A stretch of 64,000 bases of DNA from Ostreococcus lucimarinus (Eukaryota). Made by a program: the position numbers and the translations under genes. Where the stretch lies: assembly GCA_000092065.1 (NCBI GenBank), contig CP000590.1; one strand, written 5' to 3'. Under the pieces are notes generated by a model, which did no database searches, was not told the origin of the DNA, and worked only from the letters and a program-made list of their open reading frames with translations. This document shows, in pieces, positions 33,320 to 61,428 of the stretch (positions within the stretch are counted from its first letter, which is position 1; the number at the start of each line of letters is the position of its first letter).

Positions 33320-34300
33320 TTGATGGTGAGCGCGCAATTTTTGCACAACGAACTTCCGGTGCGATTAGCGCATCGCGTGGCGGAGTTGGAGAACTTGCCG
33401 TTCGGGTTGAGCGATATGGCGCAGGTGCTCGACGTGCGGGACTGGTACGTGGAGTCGTTTCGAGAGCTTCGTAGCTTTCCTCCGATTGAGAACATGGAGG
33501 ACGAGGAAAAGTTTACGAACATCTTGAAGAGAATCATGTACAGGCACGAAAATGTCGTGCCCATGATCGCGCGAGCGGTTTTGGAGCTGAAGGAACAACT
33601 CGAGGCGCAACGGCCGAAGGAGTCCCAGCGACCGGCGACGGCGAGACGAGGAGGAACGTACGCCACGACGGATTTGAACGAGTTTCCCGAAGTGCACCAA
33701 TTCCTGGATGGGTTTTACATGAGTCGCATCGGAATGCGGATGCTTATCGGTCAGCACGTAGCTTTGCACGACCCCCCTAAAGACGGGTACATTGGGCTGA
33801 TTTGCACGTCCCTGAGCCCACTCGAGGTGGCTCGAGACGCCATTGCAGACGCGAGGGCGATCTGCATGCGCGAATACGGCGACGCACCGGAAGTCGAACT
33901 ATTCGGCGAGGAGGGTTTCACGTTCGCGTACGTTCCAGGTCACTTGCATCAAATGTTATTCGAGCTTGTGAAGAACTCGCTTCGGGCGGTGAGCGACAAG
34001 TACGCGGATAGCGACGTGACGCCGCCGCCCATACGCATCGTCATCGCCGAAGGCGCGGAAGACGTCACGATCAAGGTATCAGACGAAGGTGGTGGGATTC
34101 GTCGAAGCGGTTTGGCGAAAATCTGGACCTACCTGTACAGCACGGCGCGCAGTCCTTTGAAGGACATGGACGCTGACTCAGCGGGTCCCGTCGTCTTGGC
34201 AGGGTACGGATACGGCTTACCGCTTTCAAGGCTCTATGCGAGATACTTCGGAGGCGATCTTCAAGTGCTTTCGATGGAGAACTACGGCACGGATGCGTAT

Positions 34301-34345
<45 letters not shown>
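32918..34345 (+). CDS. PDK: Mitochondrial pyruvate dehydrogenase (or branched-chain ketoacid dehydrogenase) kinase
   Basis: LPVRLAHRVAELENLP, ELVKNSLRA (N box), SDEGGGI (G1) and AGYGYGLPLSRLYARYFGGDL (G2). Confidence 0.9.
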
Positions 34346-34562
34346 TTAGGGCGGCGGCAGCGCGTTTCGCGCGAATATTGAATTGTAACATCACCACTCA
34401 GTTGTTTTTACGCATCGAATTTCTCTTACAATTCGCTTTCTATCTGATGTGGGTCTCTAACAGACACCATGCAGCCGGGGCTCGTTTGCACGAACACACA
34501 CGCTATAAAAAACCGCGTTATGCGTTCCGAGTTCCACTGAGCTGTGCGAGAGTTCGCCGCCC

Positions 34563-48000
<13,438 letters not shown>

Positions 48001-48055
48001 GTGAGTCATTCACGCCGTTAGTGTCACCGAAGGCTCAAGGTAGAGCGCATGAATG

Positions 48056-48098
<43 letters not shown>

Positions 48099-48100
<2 letters not shown>

Positions 48101-48106
48101 GGGTTT
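48099..48106 (+). promoter_or_regulatory. Telo-box (TAGGGTTT, the reverse complement of AAACCCTA) upstream of island gene 2
   Basis: ccaTTAGGGTTTAGtg lies 140 bp upstream of ATG 48246, in the same sense-strand orientation as in the minus-strand island genes. Confidence 0.5.
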
Positions 48107-48245
48107 AGTGAAAACTGACGGGGACAACCCCACCGCGTCGCTCGCCCGCGTCACACCGCCTCAACCGCGCCGTCACACCATGCCACTCGCGACGTGGCAT
48201 GTGTGTGATCTCTTTGGGTAGTGCGTGATCCCGCGTGTACGTCAA

Positions 48246-48717
48246 ATGGCTGCTATCGTTACGTGGCTCGCATCGAGCGCACTCGCGTCGACTATGACGA
48301 GTGCGGCGAAAGCACTCACGCGGCGATCGTGGAAGCGCGCGGTCCGCTCGATGCTGGATGTGTACTGCGAATCGTATGCCTGGGACGAAGAGAGCGAGCA
48401 AAATGACCTGTCTGTCGTCGTCAAGGACGTCATATTGAAGAAATCAGAGCTGGAGGCGCTGCTCCTCACCTTCGGCTTGCACTTGGGGGAGGGCGGCTGC
48501 ACGTTTGGGAAAATTCGCTTCTGCATCTCTCTCGGTCTGAACATGGACATGGAGCTCTTCACAAAGCCGTGGCGTATTGAAGTGGACCATTTTCGACTGA
48601 ACATAGGCTGTGGTGCACGTGCTGAGTGCGATGTTCGCACAGAGGTGAACTCTCAATTTGATTGCTCGTCGGAAGGGTCTTCAAGACCAACGAAAATGGA
48701 AGAATGGCTTCCCCTTC

Positions 48718-48762
<45 letters not shown>

Positions 48763-49802
48763 TCACTCTTCACTCCATCAACCTTGCCGGGAGTTTGATA
48801 TTCAAGCTTGATACTGTCAAATATACCACAACCAATGAACATTGGTCGCCGATGGCTACCATAACGACTAGCGCTGACTATGCTGGAGGTATCTTACATA
48901 AGTTACTAACGTTTGAGGGCTTCGAAGCATATACAGATCGAGCCGTGTCGCCTTCGGATAGTGCTTCCGTAGACTGCTCTGGGCCTTGGGACCTTCCTTT
49001 TGAGGATGGCACACTTCTTCCTGTGCCTCAACTGACCCGCGTGAAGGTCTTGTTCAACGGATTACAAGGCAACATGAAGATTATTAAGAAGCTCAAAAGT
49101 AGCCTGACGGGACGCGTGGTGACCGATTTCTTTGGGGATGTATACACCTTTCAACTGTGTCTGGTTTCGGGTGGTGTACCAAAAGTGCGTATTCCACACA
49201 TTGCATTGCGCTTGGAATGGTCTGAACACATTGGGACGTACGTTCTCAACATGGAAGAAGCAGTTCAATTCTCGATTAGCCATCAGATCGACGCAGAAAT
49301 CCTAGCAGAAACCAATGCATGGCTAGTCCAAATTTTAGAAGCACATGCGGAGGTTGCGGCGTCCACTGAAACACAGCTTTCTTACGAGCGTGCTCGTCGC
49401 TTTCAGGAGCAAGCTTACGTTGGACGATTACATAAGCGACTCGATGAAGTGAAAGAAACCTTCCGAGAGAAATTCCTCGTTTGGCGCTCTGGGACGAAGA
49501 GTGCGATAGACGAGTTAAATATGGCTTTGTCGGAAGAGCAGCAACGACGTGAAGCGTTGGAAAAGGCCATGAAAGCGCAACAAGAAGTACTATCACAAAT
49601 GTACCAACAGCTGCAAGCACAGCTTGTTGATGCATCCCCGGTTGAACAAGTCAACGCTGTCTCACAAGCTATGCGCGCTATGAGTATGTCACTTGATCCG
49701 AAGTCAAACTCAACGCTGCCTCAGCGGGTGCCCTTTGAGGGAGGCTACCAGTTCGGAGATGTTTCGCGGAAAGCTCTTCGATGGTTCTCAAACATTGTCT
49801 AA
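48246..49802 (+). CDS. Island gene 2: 518-aa protein, N-terminus weakly chorein-N-like, C-terminal half coiled coil
   Basis: Uninterrupted ORF. The DLSVVVKDVILKKSELEAL...FGKIRFCISLG...KPWRIEVDHFRLNI pattern recalls VPS13/ATG2-type chorein-N, which is speculative. The 3' end and extra exons are unresolved. Confidence 0.55.
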
Positions 49803-49896
49803 ACCGCATCTCATGGGCAAGAGAAAGAGACGCTCTACAAATTCTTAGATTGAGTAACATTATCAAGAACGAATTCAAGAATAGTGAGTGGAGCAG

Positions 49897-49941
<45 letters not shown>

Positions 49942-50172
49942 CTCATACCGGTGCTCGTCAAGTCAAACCAGGAGCTGCACGAACGAATCGTTCATCTAGA
50001 GAGGGCACTCGAAATTCAACAGCAACACGACGCTCAAATCGCCGATTTAGAGGCCGCCGTTGCCTCGAGAGATCAGCAGATCGACGAACTCGTGGAGAGC
50101 TCAGTGACATCGTCTCGAGACTGGAGGCGGTGGAAACTTAAATTGTTACACTTTTCATTCGTCATGTCGCTT

Positions 50173-51154
50173 CTATGTGTCAGCCAAATCACCCATTTCT
50201 ATTTCTTTGTCAAGTGTTTCATCGGCAAACACTTGGTACTTGAACGGCTTTCGTGACCAAAACTTGACGTACAAACAGAGCGATACACCGCCAATGACAC
50301 ACGCCGTGAACAGCAAAATGAACACTGTGGCGACAAACTTCCATGGATTATGAGGAGTATCAGGCGCAAACTTTTCACGGAGCTTTTCGCATTGCACGGT
50401 CGCCATACCCACACGGGAATTCTCGAGGTCATACTCGACAAACGTGTTTCTCAGCGTTTGCTGACCCAGTATGATCTGTTCACCATTTGCTAGTGCAGCA
50501 TCGCTCGCCGACATTATCCCTGCACAAAACGCATGCAAGTTGACAGTGTCTGCAAACAAGTAATTCTCGGGACGTAGGACCAGAGTGACGTCCGGATCGT
50601 ACGTGATTGTAAGACTTGGGAACCATCGCGTGAGTGTGTACTGAGTCAGTGACGATTGCCTTTGGTTCTCGTAAAAGCAATGTGTTCCTCTCACAACCAC
50701 ACTTAGGCCGGCACTGCGCGCCGTTTCATTGAGATGTGTCATGAAATCGTGGTGCATTGCGCTCGGTAACACTGTCAGCGTCGTTCCACTGTCGAGAACT
50801 GTGTACACGTTCGATGAGCTAGCGATCGTTTTGTCACCAAGTTTCCAAGACATCGTGCGAACGGCTAAGTCGTCTTCCCCGAGCATGCGAGTCCACGCAA
50901 GCTCCGGGACGCGCCTTCCAAAGTTGTAACGACCCAGTGTAAGCATCGCGGTCGATGTTTCCATACCTTCGCTACAGAATCCGAATACGTGCGCGTCGAT
51001 GACACCCGCCTTTGCCAACTGTGTGTGAAATGCAGTGTTGCCCCGACTGAACCCAGCCATACCATCTTGGCGGAGATTGCTCCCATCGGGGTAATACATG
51101 CCACCGCAGCCGAAAGTGATCTTCGCAGGAGCCAACTCATCACCCAGTGTAAAC

Positions 51155-51199
<45 letters not shown>

Positions 51200-51750
51200 C
51201 CGATTCCAAACAAACATGTGTTTGTGTACGATATGTTTGTATCACACAGAAGGACATTCGGTTGCGCATTGCAGTACGCCGCATCCTCAGTGCTTGTTGT
51301 ACAGTTGAGTTTTCGAAATGTCTTAGACATGTCGTAATCGTAGTATGGATGTTCGTGAATCCCACACACTTCAAGTGGACATCCCTTACACGGGAAGTAA
51401 GTCAGCGGACTCCCGGTGTCCACTTCAAGGTCAAACTTTTGCTTGCCCGCAAGCTCCACCGTCAAGAAGAACTCGTGGCCCGATGAGTACAAACCTATGA
51501 GGTCCGCACCGTACGAGTGGAGCGGGATCGCGTCCGCTTTGGACAACAGACGCCGCCCCGCCCCCGCGGTAGCCCTTGGTTTTCTCTTAACGGCGATCGC
51601 GAACGAACCTTTTCCGGACGCGTGCGCGCCCAAAGCGACGAGTGCTACGTACACGACGAGAACAATCATCGTCTCCCTCCACGCGCGCTGTGTTTGCCGC
51701 TCATTGTTGGGTGCACGGTCGTGCACACGCGCCGAACGGCGGGGACGCAT
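50173..51750 (-). CDS. Island gene 3: A1-family aspartic protease with a signal peptide and a C-terminal transmembrane anchor
   Basis: LEVDTGSPLTYF and VLDSGTTLTVLP catalytic motifs. Signal-like MIVLVVYVALVALGAHASG and a C-terminal helix FVATVFILLFTACVIGGVSLCLYV. Start at ATG 51750 or 51669. Confidence 0.85.
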
Positions 51751-51776
51751 GCGTCGCGGACTGCCGCCGTCTCCGC

Positions 51777-51811
51777 CGGAAAAACGGAGATTGCCAAACC
51801 CTGCAGAAATC
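51777..51811 (-). promoter_or_regulatory. Degenerate third copy of the island module (ccggaaaaacggagattgccaaaccctgcagaaatc)
   Basis: It aligns with cggaaaaccggagacgctaaaccctatcaaaaatc of copy A and lies 27-61 bp upstream of the aspartic protease ATG. Confidence 0.55.
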
Positions 51812-51878
51812 TATAACGGGTCCAAGCCTGCTTGAGAATAATAACCATGATGGCATAGCCGAATACATTTTTACATCT

Positions 51879-54193
<2,315 letters not shown>

Positions 54194-54197
<4 letters not shown>

Positions 54198-55393
54198 GCG
54201 TCGCGATCGAGCTGAGATACGGCGTCGAGCGGTGCGGGGGGACGTTTCCGAGCGACGGCGACGTGGGCGCGCTGGTGGAGCGCGCGCGAGGCGCGTTCGA
54301 GGGCCTGCGAGGGGTCGCCGCGGGGCGGTTGACGCTGCTCGCGAGAGGCGGCGCGAGGATTCGAGGCGACGATCGAGGGTTTGATTTGCGCGGTCGAGTG
54401 CTCGCGAAACACGAAAGGACGGGGAAGGTTTTGAAAATTATGGTGGTGGCGAGCGGCGCGGAGGGCGCGGGGGCGGGAGGGACGTCTCGAGGCGCGGAGG
54501 CGTTGCGGGCGACGCGGTTGAAGAAGGAAGCCGACGCGAAGGCGAAGGCGGACGCGGACGCGGACGCGGACGCGGCGCGCTCGCGCGACGGTGCGTCCGA
54601 CGAGACGAACGAACGTTTCGCCGCGTGGGCGGCGACGGGGATCGTCGGCATGCGCGGATGCGCGCGGAGGGAGGTGGCGTCTCGCGCGTTCGATTTAGGA
54701 GGCAAAGTGCGCGTGCTCGATTACGGCGCGAATCGCCTCGAAACGGTTTCGCCTCGGATCAGCGAGTTGAGCAACGTCGCGCGCATCGTTTTGCGAGATA
54801 ACGCGTTGAGATCGATGCCGTGGTCCGCCATCGCCTCTTTGACGCGCTTGACGCATTTGGATTTGAGCGGAAACGCGGCGTTGGGGAACGACGTCGCGAC
54901 CGCGACGCCGACGTGCGCGTCGCTCGAGACGCTCTCGCTCGCTCGGTGCGACATCGCGGGAGAAGTTTGCGATGATTTCTTCCGGGGACTTCCCAGGCTC
55001 AAGCACGTGTCGCTCGTCGCCAACAGACTCGAGCGTTTACCCGCGTTCGAGACGAACGGACTGCTCGAAGTCGTCGACGCAAGTCGCAACGCCGTCGTGT
55101 CGATTCCAGCCTCGTACGGCGCGCTCGCGTGTTTGCGCTCGCTGAATCTCGTGGGCAACCGCATTGAACTCGAAGGCATTCCCGTGGAGCTGTTGAAGCA
55201 CGCGAAAGCGCTCGTCGAGTTGAACTTACGCGAGAACCCGATTCTCGTAGAGGCGTTGCGCGAACGCGACGGGTGGAGCGAATTCGAGGGGAGAAGGAAA
55301 CGCCGAGCGGATAAGGCGCTCGATTCTCGCGTCATGCTCGGTGACAACGTCTTCGACGAGGGTGCGGATAACGATAGATTCGTGCGACACTGA
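54194..55393 (+). CDS. Leucine-rich-repeat protein with a ubiquitin-like N-terminal region
   Basis: LRR units (LDYGANRLETVSPRISELSNVARIVLRDNALRSMP, LTHLDLSGNAALGN, LKHVSLVANRLERLP, LRSLNLVGNRIE). ATG at 54194. Confidence 0.7.
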
Positions 55394-55495
55394 TTAGCTG
55401 TAGTAGACGCCGCGCGATGAAACGGTAATAATGTGTGTTACAAAAGAAGATGTGCTGCGTGGGAGTAAACGACGAGTCGCGCGACACTACACTGA

Positions 55496-56699
55496 TTAGC
55501 GAGCTTCGGCGATGACGTCTTCGTCGTCGTCGAAGAACTCTTCGTCGTCATCCTCAGCCTCGGTCGCCTTGGGCGCGATGGTACCGTTCAAGAGGCCCAT
55601 TTTTTCGGCGAGACGCGCGCGCACGTCCGTCTCAATCGTCGCTTTCATCTCGGGGTTCTCGTCCAAGAACGACAGCGTCTTTTCGCGACCTTGACCGAGT
55701 TTTTCGCCGTTGAAGTAGTAGTAGGCGCCCTTGCGTTCGATCGTGCCGACTTGTTCGCCCGCGTCGAGCATGCAGCCATCGCGAGAGACACCGCGACCGA
55801 ACAGCATGTCGAATTCGGCAATCTTGTACGGCGGAGCCACCTTGTTCTTCGCCACCTTGACCTTGCATCGAACGCCGGTGTCGTCTTCGCCAGCCTTACC
55901 CTTGATCACTTCCTTGCGGCGAATGTCGAGGCGGACGCTCGAGTAGTACTTGAGCGCGTTACCGCCCGTGGTGACCTCGGGCGAGCCGTAAATGACGCCG
56001 ACTTTGGAGCGCAACTGGTTCAAAAAGATGATCGTCGTCCCCGCCTTGGCGGCGTTGACGTTAATCTTACGCAGCGCCTGGGACATCAAACGCGCGTGCG
56101 CGCCGACTTGCACCATACCGATCTCACCTTCGATCTCGCTTCGCGGCACCAGCGCGGCGACCGAGTCGACGCAAATCAAATCAACCGCCGACGATCGCAC
56201 GAGCGTATCCACGACCTCGAGCGCCATCTCACCCGTTTCCGGCTGGCACACGATCACATCGTCGACGTTCAACCCGAGTCTTTGGCTGTATTCCGGATCA
56301 AACGCGTGTTCCGCGTCGATCATCGCGACCGTACCGCCGAGTTTTTGCATCTCCGCCATCGCGTGCAGCGCCAGCGTCGTCTTCCCCGACGATTCCGGGC
56401 CGTATATCTCAACGATTCTCCCGCGCGGCAATCCACCGCCGAGCGCGATGTCCAGCGTCATCGCTCCGCTCGGAAACGTCGCCACTTTCGCCTTTCCCGC
56501 CTCGCCCAGGCGCATGATCGCCCCGGCGCCAAAGTTACTGTCGATCTCATCGAGCACGCGCGCGAGCGCCTTCTTTTTCGCCTCCGCGCTCCCGTCGCCC
56601 TTCATCGCTTTCGCGTCTTCGCTTCGCGTGCTTCCGCTTCGCGCCGCTCGCGCTCGCACCGCGTGGCGCTGCGTGGAGATCGCGCGTCGTCGTTCGTCG

Positions 56700-56730
<31 letters not shown>

Positions 56731-56824
56731 CGAGCGTCGCCGGCGTCGTTCGCATCGCGCCGCGCATCGTGAGTGCTTCGTGTGTCGGTGCGCGCGCGAG
56801 ACGGACGAGCGTTCGCCGGAGCAT
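55496..56824 (-). CDS. recA: Organellar RecA recombinase
   Basis: [19 protein letters not shown] (Walker A), [24 protein letters not shown] and [15 protein letters not shown]. The presequence has poly-Thr. The track start is TTG, and the first ATG is 56824. Confidence 0.9.
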
Positions 56825-56991
56825 GCACTCAAGGCGTCGCGTGATGGCGCGATCGAGCGATGATTGATTCAAATCAAACAAGGAAAAAGGCGCGAAAACG
56901 ATCTATTCCGCGGGCGGCTGGGTCGGTCGCGGCGCGAACGGACGTCGTTACATCGAAGAGCGAGCGAACGGAAGGAGCGCGCGAACGCGAT

Positions 56992-58236
56992 CTATTCCGC
57001 GGGCTTGTAGTACGTCGTGTTGACGAAAGGCATCTTGGTCGTCACGGCGGGCGTGCGCTTGCCGCGCGTCTCGACCAAGAGCTCGGTGCCGGCTTTGGCG
57101 AAGGCTTTGGCGACGTAGCCCATGGCGATGTTCTTTTGCAACACCGGAGAGAAGCCGCCGGAGGTGACTTCGCCGATTTGGTTGCCGTCCGTGTCGAGGA
57201 TCAGAGAGTGCTGTCTCGCGGGGGCACCCTTGCCGGTGAAGGTCAAACCGACGCGACGCTGGGGAATCGCCTTCGGGTCTTCGAGCTGCTTTTTGATGAT
57301 TTCGCCGCCGGTGAAGTCGCAGAGCTCGCGGCGAGCCTTGCCGATGGTCCACGCCAAACCAGCCTCGGGCGGAGTGATGTCTTCGTTCAAATCGTTACCG
57401 TACAGGCACAATCCGGCTTCGAGGCGCAAAGAATCGCGCGGGCCGAGGGCAGCCATGCGCACTTCCTTCTCAGACTCCAAGCGCTCGGCGAGCTTCATCG
57501 CGTCGGCGTTCGGGACGGAGATCTCGAACCCGTCCTCGCCCGTGTAACCGGTGCGCGTGACCCAGCAATCGGCGCCGTTGATCTTCATCGACGTAAACAT
57601 CCCGAAATACAGCTTGCTCAGGTCGAAATCGGTCAGGCGTTGAAGCACGGACATGGTCTTCGGTCCTTGGAACGCCAACAGCGAGCGATCCGAGTGCACG
57701 ACGAATTCGACGTCCATCCCCTTCGCCTTGGCCTTCGCCAGCGCCGCGTTGATGTGCGCTTGATCCTTCTCCGCGCAACCAGCGTTCAAGACGACGTAAA
57801 AATCATTAGAATTAACCTTCGTGATGACGGTATCGTCGATGATACCACCCTTTTCGTTCGTCATCACGCTCAGCGTCCCCGTGCCGTCCTTGAGCCCCTT
57901 CAAATCCGCCACGACGAGCGACTCCAAAAACGCCGTCGCGTCCTTCCCCCTGACGCTGCTCCCGAGCATGTGACTCACGTCGAACAACGACGCTTCGCTC
58001 CGGCAGTGCTGCGTCGCCTCCATGATGGAATCTTCGTACTGTATCGGCAGCGCGTACCCCGCGAAGTCGACGAGCTTCCCGCCGCGCCTCGCGTGCAAGT
58101 CGTACAGCGGCGTCCGCTTCAGGCTCGCGATGTCCGCGTACGCGCGCGCCGGCGCCGCCGTCGCGCGCGGCGCCGCGTGCGGTCGCGTCGCCGCGCGCGT
58201 CGCGCGCTTCGCGCATCGTCGCAGCGCCGCGCGCAT
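56992..58236 (-). CDS. gcvT: Aminomethyltransferase (glycine cleavage system T protein)
   Basis: KRTPLYDLHARRGGKLVDFAGYALPIQY, LFDVSHM and GYTGEDGFEISV. Confidence 0.9.
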   Translation of the reverse strand: MRAALRRCAKRATRAATRPHAAPRATAAPARAYADIASLKRTPLYDLHARRGGKLVDFAGYALPIQYEDSIMEATQHCRSEASLFDVSHMLGSSVRGKDATAFLESLVVADLKGLKDGTGTLSVMTNEKGGIIDDTVITKVNSNDFYVVLNAGCAEKDQAHINAALAKAKAKGMDVEFVVHSDRSLLAFQGPKTMSVLQRLTDFDLSKLYFGMFTSMKINGADCWVTRTGYTGEDGFEISVPNADAMKLAERLESEKEVRMAALGPRDSLRLEAGLCLYGNDLNEDITPPEAGLAWTIGKARRELCDFTGGEIIKKQLEDPKAIPQRRVGLTFTGKGAPARQHSLILDTDGNQIGEVTSGGFSPVLQKNIAMGYVAKAFAKAGTELLVETRGKRTPAVTTKMPFVNTTYYKPAE

Positions 58237-58571
58237 CGCGACGACGCGGTGACGCTTCCAAAAGTGTCCCGAAAAGTGTCCCGGTCGACGACGATTCGCG
58301 ACGACGACGACGACGCGAAGGCGCGACGCGCGACGAAAGGGCGCGTGTGCGCGCGACGAACGACGACGGACGCGTCGACGTGCGCGCGAGGGCGTGTGCG
58401 GCGCGACGCGGCCGAACGATCGAACGATGACGCGCGATGGCGATGATCGACGTCGACGACGAGGCCCCCTGTTGGGCTGCGGATGACGCGGCGCCGGGGC
58501 GCGGGGATCGCGAGGCGCGCGCGGCGAAGCGAATGATGACGCGCGCGCGATCGCGATGACGATGGATCACA

Positions 58572-60018
58572 TCACGCGAATTCGTCGAGCGCGGCGCGGA
58601 CGCGGGCGTGGAGACGGCCGGCGGTGGGACGCGCGGAAGGCGTCGGGGACATGGCGTCGAGGACGAACGCGTGGACGCGCGCGGGGACGTCGACGCGCGG
58701 GACGACGCCGCGGCGAAGCGACTGGTACTCGGCGCCGTGCGAGGGGAGGGAGGCGCCCAAGGCGAGCTCGTAGATGGATGCGCCCAATGAAAATATGTCG
58801 GCGCGGTCGAGGGCGGAAAAGTCGTCGTTCAAAACCTCGGAGGAGAGGTATCGAGCGTCGCCCTCGTCGACGGCGGCGTCGCGGCGGTCGCCGTTGAGGA
58901 GCGCGACGCGGCCCCAGTCGCCGAGCTTGTATCCTTGGTTGTGAATGAAGATGTTATCGGGCTTGATGTCCATGTGCGCCAAACCTCGGGCGTGCGCGTA
59001 GGATAAGGCGGCGGAGACGTCGAGGAGGCATCGCATCAACGCAGCCTCGCTCGCGCGTTCGCCGCTCTGCGAATCCACCATCTTGGACGCGCTCCCGTCG
59101 CACAGTTCCATTTGAATGTACAGATGGTCGTTCTCCCACCACGCGCTTTGGTAGCGCACGATCTCCGCGCACTGCGTCAAACTCGCCAAAACTTGCACCT
59201 CGCGCAGCGCCTCCGCTCTCTCGCGCTCGGTCTGGAGCTTTTTATCCGTGCGCTTGAGCGCGTACCGACACCCGTCCAAGCGCCCGATGACTTTGTGCAC
59301 TTTGGAAAATCCGCCGCGCGCGATGCACCCTAGGTCGACGAAATCCGCGCGAAACCTCGACATGGTGGCCAACTGCGCCGCGCTCGTACAATTCGCCCTC
59401 CGCGCGTGCGCGCTCGTCTCCGGAGGCTGCTCATCATCCGGCAAGAAGGCGTTTCTCGCGCACGGCGGCGACGTCGCCGCGCGCGGCAACCCCGACCTCG
59501 ACCCCACCCCTCGCGTCGGTTCCCGATTCCTCGGCACGCGGAACCCGCCCCCGAACTCCCCTTGCGACTGCGACGGCTGCGTCGCGTCCAGCGGCTGACT
59601 CGCAAACTCCTGCGTCCCCTGCGACGCGCCTAAATCCAACCCGAACCGCGGCCGTTTATTCCTCGCCGGCGACAGCGCGCACGGCGACCGCGCGCCTCGA
59701 AAGTTTTCCTTATCCTCGTACCCCCCGTACGCGTCGAACTGCGCGTCCGCGGGCGTTATAAAATCCGGTCCTCCGAATTCCTGACTCTCTCCGTTCCCCT
59801 GCGACCGCGCCGTCCCTCGCGTCGCGCCTCGTCGTTCGTCCCGCTGCGATTGACTGCACCCCGCGAAATCAAACGATTTATTCGTCCCATCCTCGTCCGC
59901 GCTCGCGCTCGCGCGCGTCCCGCCCGACCGCGCGTCTCGCGCGTCGTCGTCGTCCCGCGCGCGTCTCTCCCCGTCCATCGCGTCGTCGTCGTCGTCCATC
60001 GCGTCGTCGTCGCGTCGT

Positions 60019-60049
<31 letters not shown>

Positions 60050-60149
60050 TCGCGCGCGCGTTCGGCGTCGCGACGTTCAGCGTGCGCAGCGCTCTGGACA
60101 GCCCGCTGGACGGCGTGCACAGAACGCTTCGCGATTTCAGTCGGAGCAT
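58572..60149 (-). CDS. WEE1: WEE1/Myt1-family protein kinase
   Basis: GGFSKVHKV, YALKR, LAHMDIKPDNIF, LGDWG and GDARYLSSEVL. The track start is GTG, and the first ATG is 60149. A poly-Asp tract is encoded by (GTC)n at 60001-60052. Confidence 0.8.
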
Positions 60150-60353
60150 GACGACCGCGTCGGACGTCGCGCGCGCGTCGCGGTGTCGCGCGCCGCGGCG
60201 AACGGGGCGGTCGTTTGAATTCGATGCCGAATGTCGTGGTATCGTACGTCTCACTGTTTACGCATACACGCGGTCGGTCGGACGCGGTCGGTCGGACGCG
60301 CGGCGCCAGACGCGCGACGCCAGACGGCGCCGGCGGCCGCGACGGCGCGCGCG

Positions 60354-61175
60354 ATGGCGCGAGACGACGCGCGCGCGCGACTCGCGCGCGTCGCGCTCGC
60401 CGTCGTCGTCGCGGTCGTCGCGGTCGTCGCGCGTCGGCGCGACGCGAACGCGAACGCGAACGCGAACGCGCGCGTCGCGATGGTCGCGCCCGACGCGCTC
60501 GCGCGCAGGGTCGATCGCGCGCGGCGAAGCGACGCGTCGACGTGGACGCGCGCGCGCGCGGCGCTGCGACGACGGCCGCGCGTGTGGCTGGCGGTGCTGG
60601 GCGAGTGCTTCGACGTGTCGGCGGGGCGACGGTTTTACGCGGGCGACGGCGACTACGCGACGTGCTTCGCGGGACGCGACGCGAGCCGCGCGTTCGCGAC
60701 GGGAGACTTCAGCGAGAGTGGGTGCGTGAGCGACGTCTCGGGGCTGACGGACGGGGAGTTGGCGGCGATCCGAGGGTGGAGGGATTTCATGCGCGACAAG
60801 TATCGCGCCGCGGGCGTCTTGGCGAACGGCGAGTTTTACGACGCCGAGACGGGGGCGGCGACGGCGTTGACGCTCGAGATTCGAGCGCGGTTGGAGCGGT
60901 ACGACGCGGGTGCGGCGGCGCGCGAACAGCGCGCGCGCATGTTCCCGGATTGCGATTCCACGTCGGACGGCGACTTCGTCGACGTGCGCTGCCGCGAGGA
61001 CGACTCGGGACCGCGATACCCGCGCAACGAAACCACGACGGACGCCGAAGGGCGCGCGAGCAGTCGATGCGCGTGCTACGGCGATTTGGGTGTCTCCGAC
61101 GCGCGCCGCGCGTATCCCGGTTGCGACTTGACGTCGACGCGATGTCGCGCGCCGCTCGGCGCCGGCGTCGGTTGA
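60354..61175 (+). CDS. Cytochrome b5-like heme/steroid-binding (MAPR/neuferricin-like) protein with an N-terminal signal anchor
   Basis: VWLAVLGECFDVSAGRRFYAGDGDYATCFAGRDASRAFATGDF. The (AACGCG)4 repeat encodes ANANANAN. Confidence 0.65.
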   Translation: MARDDARARLARVALAVVVAVVAVVARRRDANANANANARVAMVAPDALARRVDRARRSDASTWTRARAALRRRPRVWLAVLGECFDVSAGRRFYAGDGDYATCFAGRDASRAFATGDFSESGCVSDVSGLTDGELAAIRGWRDFMRDKYRAAGVLANGEFYDAETGAATALTLEIRARLERYDAGAAAREQRARMFPDCDSTSDGDFVDVRCREDDSGPRYPRNETTTDAEGRASSRCACYGDLGVSDARRAYPGCDLTSTRCRAPLGAGVG

Positions 61176-61428
61176 CGCCGAACGCGCGTCGGCGCGAGTC
61201 GCGGCGTCACACCGTCGCGCGCACCGGCGCTCGCGCGCCGATCGCGCGTCGTTTCGGTGTATGCTCATCCCCGCGCGCGTTTCAGCGCGCGCGTCGTCCT
61301 CTGCGTCCGCGCGCGGTCGCGCGTCGTCGGTCGCGGTCGCGGTCGCGTCCCGGTCGCGCGCCGCGCTCTCGCGCGCGCGCCCGCCCGCGCGCGTTCTCGC
61401 GCTCGCGCGCGCGCGCGGCGTCGCGCGG

